A stretch of DNA of 64,000 bases from the human T2T-CHM13v2.0 reference genome, Homo sapiens: assembly GCF_009914755.1 (NCBI RefSeq), contig NC_060928.1; one strand, written 5' to 3'. Shown piece after piece: positions 42,665 to 56,981 of the stretch. The position numbers and the translations under genes were made by a program. Every line of letters begins with the position of its first letter. Position 1 is the stretch's first letter. The notes beneath the pieces were generated by a model. That model was not told the origin of the DNA, did no database searches, and saw only the letters and a program-made list of their open reading frames with translations.

Positions 42665-43389
42665 GAAAGAATCTGATATAAATTTGGACTTGCATTCAAA
42701 GTCCCTGACAGAACTACTGCCAAGAAACGGAAAAGTAATGTTTTCCTAAAACTATTACTTGAAAATCTTGAAAGAAATGACTTATGCATAAGTATTTAAT
42801 AGTTTTCCTATGTGAAGAGCTGCCAAGACCCAGGCAGCACTAAAAAATGGAACCTTTCTATTGTACATTGTACTTAAACACCTGGTGTGGAGGCCACATT
42901 TTTTCCTGCTGTGTGGCAGACAATGAAGTGTAATACTGACATTCTCTCTGAAACTCTCCAAGATCTACTAAATAATTCCCTGTGTAGAGGTAGAAAGTTC
43001 ACCTAAGAAACTCCCAAAAGGCACATAACCTCAGTCAAGTATTAGATCTTACTTTTTCTAACAGAAGCTAGAGAGCAAAGAGAAAACAACTGATTTCTTC
43101 ACAATGGCAAATAAGAAATAATATAACAGAAACCATTCTACATGAGTCCAAAGCAGAAGCTACAACAAATTACTTAACACAAAGCAATAGCAACTGGGCA
43201 ATTCGACAGAATTGTGAATCCACGCCATGAATTCATGGCATCATTTTACTAAAAAACACAACAGTGGATGGCAGTCTTTAGGATATATCTTGATGGACAC
43301 TAGGAAACATTTAATAATAGTTGTTGCCTGTTGTTTTGCTATTTTTTGTTACTCAAGCAGCAGCGAAGAGGGGAGTAAACTTGTGTTTA

Positions 43390-43506
43390 CAGCTGGCTCT
43401 CTGTATTCACAGGAAATTGGTTCCGGGACCTCCTTGGGATACCAAAATCCTGGGATGCTTGAGACCTGTAGGCGCTGTGGAACCCTTGAATATGGAGGGT
43501 GGACTG
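43390..43506 (+). mobile_element. Internally deleted MER2 (Tigger MITE)
   Basis: TA-cagctggctctctgtattc...attggttccgggacc...gataccaaaatcc...gaatatggagggtggactg-TA; both ends present, 117 bp. Confidence 0.8.
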
Positions 43507-43509
43507 TAC

Positions 43510-44280
<771 letters not shown>

Positions 44281-46119
44281 TAATGTCTCCCAATTTTAAT
44301 GTCCATGCTCTTTCCTCTACAGGAATGGGGCAGGGGGGAGAAAAACAGTAAAATTCACACTTTTCATTTTCTTCCTTCCTCTCATCCAATTCCTAAAAGA
44401 GTAAGACAATATAACACATCAGTACTTTTGGAGGTTCAAAAGATGCTAATGATAATTTATCTGAAGGTTTACTTCAATTGCTGAAGGAAATGTTTTCTAG
44501 AAGAAAAAGAGAGCTCAGCAGAGTACACAACTATATCCATATTGATGGATACCTGTGCAATAAATTTTCCAATCAGGGGCAAATCAAGGCCAATCATGAT
44601 TCATCAGCAACCTAAGAGACAGCATGGAGTCAGACAATTTAAAGGTACTCCACATGTCTTCTGAATTCTGGTCTGTTTCAGATGGCACTCAATGCACAGT
44701 CTAGGTTCAAAGATTTTTTTTCTCTGGCTGCACTTGGTGCAAGCTGTCAGGTCTATTTTTGGGGGTATCCTTTAGAAACACAACATAAAACTGTATAACC
44801 ATGAAAAAGAAAATTCAGGAAAAAGCTGCCATTTCAAATATTTTTATGTTTTTTATCATAGTGGTGGGAGCTCTACCTTTACAAGGCAAACTGCAGCATG
44901 ATCCTGGCAACCTCCCGTGTAAATGCAAGCAAATTACTAGACAACTGACATTTCTTGGGCAGCAAAGATTTCAATTTCTACACCCTGGTTTTTGGAAATT
45001 CTGTTCTGGCTAGTTGTATTTGAGGTTTTGACAGCCAAATAAATCTGCTGCAAAGAATGTTGCACATTTCATTAAGAATGCTCCATCTAGACACACATAT
45101 TCTGTCTGCTATAGACCTGAATGCATGATTGTGTGAACATGTGAGACACAGAATTTCAGTCTTGAAAGATGGCTCCTCAGTGAAACTCCTTTTTTGTACA
45201 AAGAAAATTAGTTACTTGTGATAATGTTGCAAAACTAGAGCTAATAAGGTATCCAGGTGTGTTCTGATAGCAACAACAACAAAACCCTACATTCATTATA
45301 TGTACTGGTTAACTGTGAGTAAAGAGTTGTCTTTAAAGGAATAATTATATGAGACTTTGTCAAGGCATAAGTATAAATTATGCTGCTGATTAATTGGGTT
45401 TTAAAAGAATGTGAATAAATTTGGATGTGAATTTTAAGTTCTTGACAGAACTATTGCCCAGAAATGAGAATGTAAGAAGATTTTGGATATTTTTTTCAGG
45501 ACATGAAATGATTGTTTGAATTCTTTCATCAACTGTATTTGCTTCTATTTTCTTATGCTGCCAATCAAATGAAGGCAGCAGGAAATGCAATCTATTAGAC
45601 TTAATCACATAAAGTTTAAATCATATTTAACTATTCAGTTGAAGAAAAATACCAGCTAAACTAATTACAGAACTGAAAAATGGCAATGATAAAATTAAGA
45701 CCCAACAAAAAGACACGAAATACCTAAGAAATTGAGAATCAACAAATCTATACAATTGTCAGTGAAGACAGTCAATCTTTGTCATTAAATAATTTTAAAG
45801 AGAATTATTTAATTATTTCTCCATCAAATGTCTTTTATATTGTATCACAATTAAAATTCTGGAGGTCTCCTTCATTAACTAGACGAAATTAAAATGATGA
45901 AAGGTCAATCTGACAAGAATATTGATAAATTGCACATAATGTTTCTTCTTGTTTCAAAAAGCAATATAAACAACTTCTAGGACATTTAATTTAAAAATTG
46001 AGAATTGAAAACTTTTAAAAATATTGTATATTCCATTATAGATAGATAGAAAAATAACTGTCTCATTCTTTTAGCTTATGGGTTCTTTGAGGATTAAAAA
46101 GAGTATCTTATTCTAATTT

Positions 46120-47028
46120 AGGAATTTTGCTAGTTGCTGAGTATGTCTATTCTAATTATATATTCTGGAACTGGGTAAAAAACTACAGGATAGATTTGGG
46201 GACCCACTGGACCCATTAATCATATGACTTCCATCAGCCCTACTCTGACTAGTCAACCACAGTGACATGCTTGTATCTTCTGGAATTAATAGCAGTTTAG
46301 AGTCAATGTCTAATAGTCCCCAAAGGTTCTGATTATTTCCTTTTCCCTAAAACACAGTCACCCAGTAAAAGGCCATGATTTGGGGTTAGAATTTTGTTCA
46401 CTTGATCTAGAACTCTTTGACTTACACAGATCAAGTAAGAATTAGTAGCATTCCCATCCATTTAACTTCTAGGAACTCTATCATCAACTAGCCAATGCCA
46501 TAGGACTGCCCATATTCAACTATTCTGATTGCCGCTTTGACTCTGCTTTCCATCATGGTAACAACACCCATCTTATCTTGGGCGACTGAGGGCTGCCACT
46601 TGGCCAGCCCCTGCCACCCCAGGATTCAATTACTCCCATTACATTTAAGTTTCCTTATTCAGTGGTAGCAGTTCCCACTGTATTTTCCGGCAGACAAAAG
46701 CAATCACAAAGCTCTTCAAGGATGCAGGGGTGCCCCTCATAAACTTGTTTTTTACACTTAGGATGAAAAGTGTGCCCTCTGGGTCATCCCAGTGTAAGTG
46801 AGCAGATCTTAAATGACACATTCAATCTAACATTCCAGTCTCCCTAAACCTTGGAATCTCTTATTCTGCAGTACAGGAAAGCAGTTCTAGCATTTCAAGT
46901 TAAATTACTGTGGGCCAGCTTCTGATCCATGTTCCAGCCAACCAACCAACCAACCAACCAACCAAACTGATACAGCCCTTTCTCAATCCCTGAGCTACAG
47001 CATTAAATTCAGAATCTCTGCTTAATGA
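46120..47028 (-). mobile_element. ERV-L internal gag-protease segment (inverted)
   Basis: Reverse complement matches HERV-L gag/pro motifs (ggggtggcaggggctggccaagtggcagc, gcatccttgaagagctttgtgatt, ggtccagtgggtcccc). Confidence 0.8.
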
Positions 47029-49835
47029 GTTTCTTTGGATTTGGGAGGCAATACATTTCTTATTCTGGTTTGCTACCCCAGCCTAGTAACAGAATGACCC
47101 AAAAAGCTGCTAACAAGAGAAGGCTCTGCAACAGGTCTAGGCTGCCATATAGGTGCCCTGCCACTGGGGTCATATGATCCAGCAGATTCAATGGTGTTTA
47201 AATTGTTGGTGACAGATAGGGATTCTACTTAAAATCTTTGACAGGACCATACAGGACAACCATAGTGCATACTCAGAATTTCAGACCAAAGCCCTGCCAC
47301 TCTCTGCAGATAACTACTTTCCTTTTGAGAAACTGCTTTTGGTCTACTACTGAGCTAAAAGCCTAACCATGGCACACCAAGTTCTTCTGCAAACTGAGCT
47401 GCTCCTCATGAACTGGCCGTTACCTGTCCTACCACCAAGGCATAAAGTTGGCTGTACACAACAGCATTCCTTCATCAAACCAAGAAGTGGTATATATGTG
47501 ATCAGGCCCAAGAGGGCCCTAAATGCACAAGTTACATGAAGATGTGTCCCAAATGCCCATGGTCCCCACTATGCTATATTACTACATCTCTTACAACCTG
47601 CACCTATGGCCTCATGTGGAGTACTCCACTGTCAGTTGACAAACTTGGGTCTGGTTTACAGATGGTTGTGCATAATATACAGGCACATACAATAGACAGC
47701 CACAGCACTACAGTCCTTTTCTAGCACATACCTGAAGGATAATGGTGAAGGAAAATCCTCTCAGGCAGCAGAACCCCGAGTAGTGCATCTAGTTGTTCAC
47801 TTTGTTTGGAAGGAGAAATGCAAATATATACCAATTTATGGGCTGTGGCCAATGATGGTTTCTCTGGATGGTCAAGGACTTGGAAGAAATCTGATTGGAA
47901 AATTGGTTCAAGGAAGTTTGGGGATGAGGTATGTGGATAGACATCTCTGAATGGGTGAAAATCATGAAGATATTTGTGTGCCATGTGAATGCTAACCAAA
48001 GAGAGATGTCAGGAGAGGAGGGACTTTAATAATCACATAGATAGGATGGCATGTTCTGTGGATACCAGTCAGCCTCATTTTTGCAGCCACTCTTATTGCC
48101 CAATGTATTCATAAGCAAAGTGGACATTGTAGCAGGGACGTAGGTTATGCATTGGCTCAGAAACACGAACTTCCCTCTCCAAGGCTGACCTACTTATAGC
48201 CACTGCTGAGTGCCCAATGTGCCAGCAGCAAAGACCAACACTGAGTTCTCAATATGGCACCATTCCTCAGGGTGATCAGCCAGCTACCTGGTGGCAGGTT
48301 GATTACATTGGACTGCTTCCATCATGGAAGGGGGGTAGTGCTATGTTCTTACTAGAATAGTTACTTACTCTGGATATTGATTTGCCTTTTCTGCACACGA
48401 TGTTTCTGCCAACACTACCTACTATCTATAAACTTACAGAATGCCTTATGCCCTGCCATAGCATTCCACACAGCACTCCTTCTCATCAAGAAAATTACTT
48501 CATAGTAAACAAAGTGTGGCAATGAGACCACAATCATGGAATTCATAGGCCTTATCATATCCCCAACCATCCTGATGCTGCTGGTTTGACAGAAGAGTGG
48601 AATGACCTTTTGAAGACTCGGTTACAGTGTCAGCTATGAGACAGTACCTTGCAGAGCTATAGCATGATCATGGAATTCATGGGCCTTATCATATCCCCAA
48701 CCATCCTGTTGCTGCTGGTTTGACAGAACAGTGGAATGACCTTTTGAAGACTTGGTTACAGTGTCAGCTATGAGACAGTACCTTGCAGAGCTGTAGCAAA
48801 GTTCTCCAGGAGTCTACATATACTTTGAATCGATATCCAAAATATGGTACTATTTCTTCCATAGCTAGAATTCATGGGTCCACAATTCAAGTGGTGAAAA
48901 TGGAAATGGCTCTATTTACTATTACAACTGATGACCCATTAGCACAATTTTGCTTCCTGCTCCCATGACCTTATGCTCTGCTTGTTCAGAAGTCTTAGTT
49001 CCAAAGAGAGGAATGCTTCTAGCAGAAGACACAACACAAATTCCACTGATGTGGAAGTTAAAATTCACCTGATGACTTTGGGCTCTTCATGCCTCTGAAT
49101 CAACAAGCAGGGAAGGAAGTTACAGTGCTGGCTGGGATAATTGATACTGACTACCAAAGAGAAATTGACCTGGTACTCTACAATGGAAATAAGGAAGAAT
49201 ATGTCTGAAATATAGAAGATCCTTAAGGCATCCCTTATTATTGCCATGTCCTGTGATTAAATTCAATATAAAACTATAACAACTCAATTTGGGCAGGACT
49301 ACTAAAGGCCTAGATCCCTCAAAAATAAAGGTAAGGTGACCCTTACCAGATAAATAACTGTAACCTATTGAGGTACTTGCTGATGGCAAAGAGAATATGT
49401 AAATGGTAATGAAATAAGAGTTACAGCGATGTAACCAGTACAGAAATGGGAACTGTGTCATGTGTATTTTTCTTTGTTATTTTGTTATGAATATGTTCAA
49501 GTGTGTGCATGTGGGTATCTCAAATATCTGTTTTCTTCCCTCTCTTTTCCCCTTACCATATAACATGAGATGTATTGACTTTATATTATAGTACTTAAGT
49601 AATGTTAACTTTACATCATAGTAGTTAAGTTAGAGGACATTGAGAAGAATAATCATCAAAAAGACTTTCAAGGATTTTGCATCCTCTTTTAGGGGAAGGG
49701 TTAGTGCATTTTTAGTTGTACACAGGATAGTAGTATTAATCATGTTAAGCAAAAGTATTGCCTTGTTATTGTCTTTAATTGGAGATTAATTTTGGTTTAA
49801 GATGTATATGAGTGCCAGGTTTACAAAAATGGACT
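47029..49835 (+). mobile_element. ERV-L internal pol (RT end/RNase H/integrase) and 3' region, degenerate
   Basis: tggatttgggaggcaa, ggtctggtttacagatggtt, gagtgcccaatgtgccagcag, cctggtggcaggttgattacattgga; many stops and frameshifts. Confidence 0.88.
48531..48798. repeat. Tandem duplication, 2 x 134 bp, inside the ERV-L integrase region
   Basis: atcatggaattcat...gcagagct(a/g)tagca at 48533-48664 and 48667-48798. Confidence 0.95.
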
Positions 49836-50219
49836 CATGATGGTTAATTTTATATGTTAACACGGTTAAATGATGGTATCCAAATATTTGGCCAAATATT
49901 ATTCTAGATATTTCCATGAAGCTATTTTTTAGATGAGATTAACATTTAAATCAATGGATTTTGAGGAAAGCATATTAACCTCAATTGTGTGGATGGGCCT
50001 GATTCAACAGTTGAAGACCTTAGTAGAAGAAAACTGACCACCCTTCAGCAAGAAGAAACTCTGCAAGGAGACTGCCTTCAAACTTGAACTCTTCCCTGGG
50101 TCTCCAAGCTGCCAGACTATCCTGCAGATTTTTGACTTGTTGGCCTCCATAATTATGTGAGCCAATTGTTTGAAATAAATCTCTAGACTGATAGATGATA
50201 GATAGGTGATGATGATGAT

Positions 50220-50269
<50 letters not shown>

Positions 50270-50320
50270 CTGGCAGAAAGATAGATAGATATCCTACTGG
50301 TTGTGGCCCTAATTAATGTA
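49836..50320 (+). mobile_element. MLT2-family (ERV-L) 3' LTR
   Basis: tgatggttaattttatatgt...agatgagattaacatttaaatc...tatcctactggtt...ccctaattaatgta, directly after the internal region. Confidence 0.88.
50190..50292. repeat. (GATA)12 compound tetranucleotide STR
   Basis: 12 perfect GATA units at 50220-50267 with flanking GAT/GATA units. Confidence 0.95.
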
Positions 50321-51349
50321 TCCCCAATGCTTTACTCATTAAATTTTAAATAAACTTTTTCTTTTTCATTTTACATATCAGAAAAGAAAAGCCTTCTAAG
50401 TTGTGTAAGGAACGGTGTCCTGGTTTTAAAAAAAAAATCAAACAAAACCTTGGAAGAGTAATTTGACATTGTAATCCTTTCATTTCACAGCAACTCCATG
50501 AACTCAAGATTGCAATGTAGTTACCATCTACAGAGATCCAGAGTCAGTTTGGATTCTACAATTGTAAATACACAAGCAGAATGAACTTCCACCTGAGAAA
50601 TCACAAATCAAATCTAATATTACTTTTGGAGGAAAAGGGTTGGAGAAATTCCAATAAGGTAAGCTTACAGAACTCATGTCCAACCCAAGCTATAGAAGAG
50701 CCTTATGGAATAAACCGAAAGAACTAGATTGATGGGAGGCACAGCCTTGTTCTGTGGGAAGTGATGCATATCTTGAGGGGCATAGATCCAAATTGTAGAC
50801 AAATTATATAATCTTGGCAATAAGACTTCCATTTCCAATCCTTGATTTTCACATCTGAAACCTAATGAAAGTGCAGCAGGTAAAAGCAGCAGATGAGGAA
50901 GGGGTAAGTCCATATTCGAAGCTACCCTGATCCCCTTACTGTTTCTGTGGTATTATTATTTTAGTCAACGCCTGGGTTTACTCTGGGCATCTCAGAGTCC
51001 GCTGGAATTCTGGGTGGATCCCATAAATTCTCCAATAGTTGTCTCAGTACATTTAGTAATTTATTTATACCTTAGGTTTTGTTTTGGTTTTGTTTCATTT
51101 CATTTTGGCCCTTAAAATGGGATACTGCTTGTAGTTTGTAGAAGGCTTTGTTAATTTATTTTGATTTTTGATCTCTCTATGATTTATCATATGTCTTCAA
51201 GGCATATTAAGATTCTAGGAAAGAAAACTGGTGTAGTGAATTCATTTTTCTAAGAATCATAATTTGTTATTGTTTGCAAATAAATATCTGAGACTGTGGA
51301 ATCCAAGAGTATCTGAGCTTAAAGGTACCCTAGGGTACCAGAGATAACT

Positions 51350-51830
51350 CTTATTGAACATTACTATTTGCCAGATGTTGTATTAATATTACCTTCTTTA
51401 TTCACAGAAATAATCATTAGAATAGCAATAATTACCAATTATTAAGTACTTGAGTGTGTGCATAAGCACTCATGATTTTTACTTAAAATAAAATTCATTC
51501 CAGTATAGCTGGAATGTGTTGCAAACATATTAATTCATTCAATCCTGAAGACAACCATATGAGTTGTACCATTATTTCTCCTATGTTATAGATGCGTAAA
51601 ATGATACAGAAAGGTTAAATAAATTGCCCATATCATACATTTAGTGAGCAATAGAACTGAAATTCAAAGCAGAGACTAGCTCCCAGGTCTGTGTTTTTAA
51701 CTACTGTATTAAGCGGTTAATGGAGTTTCCTTAATAAATATACATTGTTATTATTCTCATTTAAGAGATAAACATCTGAAAGTCAAATTAGCTAAATACC
51801 TTGCAAAAGTCACTGTCCCTAAGCAATGAG
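51350..51830 (-). mobile_element. MIR cluster
   Basis: tgttatagatgcgtaaaatgatacagaaaggttaaataaattgccca and related cores. Confidence 0.65.
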
Positions 51831-54209
51831 TATCTGAAATACTAGTGCACTTTATTCTCGTTACAAAACCTTGAAATACTTATATGCCCATAGAAAATCT
51901 AGTGAAAATCCAGACAGATCCCAATTGTCACAGATTGGGATCAATACCACTATTCTGTCTAGGCTCTTGTGTGGGACAGTTCCCAGTCTAAGACCTCATA
52001 TCTGCCTATCTCTGTGCTGTCCTTGATCGCTGAACCAAGCCCCAAACCTATACTCCACAATTTCACGTCTGTCTGGGATGCGCTGCTCAGATGGGCTGTA
52101 TGAGTGGCAACACAACCACTTCAAAAACAGAGACTGTCTCCTCCTGCCATGGGTAGCAATGACCACAACTCTCAAATCATTTTGCCACTGGATACTAACA
52201 TAAGAGCAAAAGACTCTATAATTAGGTGATGAATTCAGATCATTGGAGCACACATTTTACATTAAAACACTTCTGTGGCTTCACTCTCAATGGGCACACT
52301 ATTTCAAATGCACTTTGTTATCTGTTGCAATATCACCAGACCTGCAGTAATATGCTCAAATCTCATTTCCTCCATGAATCCTTTTCTGATTCCTACAGTC
52401 CTACCAAGTTGTCTCTCATCTGAATCATAAAGAGCGTATCACTCACTTTATTTCTACCACCCTAATCCTTCATTGTCTTGATTTCTCCAACAAGATATTA
52501 ATCTTGTCCCAAGTAAAGCCTACATTATTATCCTCCACTTGGCCTTATGCTGTCAGACTCTGTATAGTAGATTCTATAATATTGCTCTCAGTGAACTGAT
52601 CAAATTGGTTGAGTTGCCAATGTAGTTCCCACTGCCCGGAATAACATCATATCCAGTCAAATGTCTTTCTTGCTATCCTATTAAATGTGCTTACCTACGG
52701 AAGTTAAGTCTACCTCCTCAGTGGCTTCATCCACCTCTTCATTAATGAGTCAATATTGTTGTCTTTGTTGGTATAAAGAGTAAGAAGAAGCACATAGTGT
52801 ATTTCTGTCCATACTAATATAAAGATACCGAATTGCTATATTGAATCGCTATAGAATAGCGCTAAACCAAAAATTTAGATTTCCAATCAGATGTTCTTTT
52901 TTTTTCCTACAAGATTTTAATGAAATAAATACTTTAAAAATGTCCTGGTATTTACATTTTCAATTTAACAGCCATGCCCCATGGTTGGCAAATGCAAGCG
53001 CATGGGACATGGCAATACTATAGGTGATTTGCTCTCCATTGCCCAAGTGTGGCAACCCCCACTCTCTTGGTTTGTTACTCTCCCTGGCACTATCCATGAA
53101 GTTATTAACACATGCCACTGATTATATCTATGGCAAATCAATCACATTCTACTACCCATTGCATTAAACATGAACAACTTTACCCTCTTATTTTAATAGC
53201 AAATCAGGGAGTCATTATTTAGAAGGCACAATCTCAAATGAGAAGGTAAAATTTAGATTTACAATTTTATTTTCCCCCAATTTCTTCTAATCATTCTTAT
53301 TTTCCTAGAATAAAAAAAATCTAGAAAGTTTTGAGGGGAAAAAAAACCACAACAGTTTTTCAGTCTTTTGTAATTGAAAGTGAATAGAATGGTGATTTGA
53401 GGGTGCTCCAGAATCCTAAAGTATTCTAAAACAAAGACTACATTTTCCTTCTAAAAATATATGTTTAATATTAAATATATCTTTTAATCTAATTATCTTT
53501 GAGTTGCAGTTTATCTTATATCTTAATTATATTTTAGTTAGCCACCATACTATATTTATTAACCTTACCAGAAAATATAGTACATGCACATATACACATT
53601 TTTTGGAAGAAGAATAATATAAATAAATGTTGCCAGAATTCTACAGGGAAACTGATTACTACAATTTATCTTCCTAATAGCGAACTTGTCATAACAATTT
53701 TAAACATTCTTTTTCATTCTATCTCTCTTATCCTGATCTCATATTAATATGAGATCAATAAAAAAGACTGATTGGAAGGCAGGGGTGGGCACTGGCCATG
53801 GACCCTTACTCCGTGCTTATCATACACAATAATCCTCATTTTATTCCATTTTCTGAAAAAGACCTACTCCTACAGATTATTATTAAGAAGTTGACAGATA
53901 ACTGAGAAACTCATGAATAGAGAAAAAATAAATTCACATCACACATCACAAAAAAGAACAATTAGCCAATTAGTCAAATTCCTTTTTGAGATCTGGGTTC
54001 TTGTCTGTTCATTGTCCCTCATCTTCCTGCTAACTAGTATTCTCTCTGTGTCCATACACAAGACATGAACTTGAAAAATCATTCTATTGTTCTCAACATT
54101 TCAGCTCTGGCCCTCAACTTACGTACCCCACTCAACCATATCACAACTCACAGAAAAATCACCACAGGCTCCTCAGGCCTGCCCCTTGGAAGACATTCTG
54201 CTACAATGA

Positions 54210-54519
<310 letters not shown>

Positions 54520-56981
54520 TACAATGATACTTTTAAAAAACAGATGAATACACTGATGTCCTTTATCCCTGCAAAACGAGGTAAACCATATAAAAATATA
54601 CTCCAAAAATTCATTTTAAAGCAATTTCTACTTTAAGTCCAGTAAGCTGTAATGTCACATGTTTTGTATGTGGCAAGTGTTTTAATTTATTATTTAAAAT
54701 GAGAATAAATGTGCAAATAAGCAGTAAGAGCTCATTGTATGAATATGTTATAGTTCAGGGAAGAAGACACTGAGACTGTGTGAGGCTCTTTATAAACTGT
54801 TTAGTAATTCCTGGACTCTGGTAAATTATGGGGAGATGCAGTTTACAGACATGGTAATATCTTGCCTGAAATGGAAAGAACTACCAGACACACCTTCCAC
54901 AGTCTCAAGCTCTAAATCATAAATATGTTGAGCCAGTCGTTTACATCAATTTCAAACACGAAGGGCAGAGATTAGAGACACATTCAATAGAAAGTATAAA
55001 TTGGCTGAATAATTATTTGCCAAAATTTTCATTCACATATAGATCATTTCAAGAGGAAATCAGGGTAATCAAGCATTGGCCTAACTCTGAAATGGCAAAG
55101 TAGGGTTGTTTAGAAAGGAAAAATTCAGTCAAATTTAGCATATTTATTTTCTGTTTACATAATCAAGTAGAGGCCCCGCACATCATAGAAAGTCAAATAT
55201 TTGTTCATCTGATTATGACATGATTTTAAATTCCCTTGTGTTTGCTTTATGATATATACTCCTGTCCCTCCTGTTTGAACATTTTATGGAATGTCAGTTT
55301 GGTTATAATTAATATACTCTAGCTCGTGTTCAGTATCGAGTCTATAATGACTTAACATTCTCAATCAATTTAGTGGAAGATAAAGACAGGATGTTGAAGT
55401 TCCCCTCATTCCCTGACATTATAGCTTACATTGAATGCTGAAGTACTTTTGTTTCTAGATGACCAGTTACTTATAGTTATTTTGGATTGGTCATTAGGTA
55501 TATTGGAGAAATCACTGTTAAAACTGTACTGGAATGGCCTAGAGGAAAAGCATCAGAAGAGAAAGATAATTAAAAGGTATTATTACCATCATCTTTATAC
55601 AGTGCTAATTTTTAACAATCATTTTTACAGTCATGTGAATGACAAGTAGATGCTATCCAGAATTCCCATCATTGGAGCCTGTATTTCATTGAATTAACAC
55701 TCAACAAAAACATGCTAAGTGTCTCTTAACATTATACTACATACTGATGCTATAAGAAAGACATAAAAATGAGAAGGATATGTAAGACAGTATGGCAATT
55801 GAAAATAAATATGTTCAAAATAAGTACCTCTCTTGGGTGGTAAAGGGATAATAGGAAGAATGGGATGTCTTATGGAGTAGTTAGTTCCCTACATCTAGGG
55901 TGTTTTCAAGCATGTGATCCATAGTGAAACAGGCCTTAAAAAGTCCCCTGTAGGGTAATAATTTGTAATTATTTATTGGCTATTTATGTCTTGTTCCTTT
56001 TATCCTCTTCACGGCTCCTTTTGCAAATGCCTGTATTTCTGTGTAGTTAAGATAAAGATAGCACTTTTTAACTTGAAGCCTTGCAAAGTGACATTTTCTC
56101 CAAATGCACTTGGTGAATTTTTTTATACAACTCTAAACTAGAGCTGAATCAACTGTAGGGAATGTGCTGAATGTCCATCCATAAAGGGAAACAAGATTAA
56201 TGACCTCTAAGTGTGAATGGGCAAAAGCAATTTACAAGAGTGAGTGAGGGTCATATTTTATCACAGGCAGGTGGCTTATTCCAACTTTGCAAACAGTTAC
56301 CAAAAATGCACACAACCACAAATCTTTGGCCTTTCCATCCTCACGTGAAACCATTGTGTGTGCCAGACAAATGATCCTACTATGTTTTAACCCCAAACTC
56401 AATCTGCATATGTTAATGAAGACTAAAATAGATTGCTAGAAAACTCCTTGAAGCAGAAACTAACAGAAAAAGCATTTTCCTTCCCAACCCACTCCACAGG
56501 ATCTGTACTTCACCCAGCAAGAAAAGGAGCATGAAATTTTGCTTCTCACTATGTGGAAAACCCTTAATGCATGGTCTGCTAATTTTGGAATTTAAAAATT
56601 TTCTTTCACCTTGGACTTTGTCCTTGTTCCAGTGAACTGTGACTTCAAATCAGTATATCATATGGTGTTTGTTTTTATGTTTTTGGTAGTCATAGTAGGG
56701 GGTGTTAGAAGGTATGTAATATGGGAGGACACTGGTAAAATCTTTCTAGTACAAATCATAAAATAACAAAAATAAAAACACTTGTTCCAATGATATTGGA
56801 TCTCTATTCTTCTCCTTGAGGTTTATGCCTCTAGCATAATTTGGGCACAGCCCACTCTAGTACTCTCTAAATAACCTGTGCAAGTTATTATACTTCTGCA
56901 TATCTGAGGTCAGGAAAGAGGGGTCAGACATTTGGAACAACCAAAGGATATTAGACCTAGTAATAAAATAGAGAGCCAAAG

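Noticed and set aside
52692-52855. Possible minus-strand exon ending in TAG/GTAAGC with several CpGs
   Set aside because: The frames I checked contain stops and there are no partner exons; a lncRNA exon cannot be excluded without RNA data.
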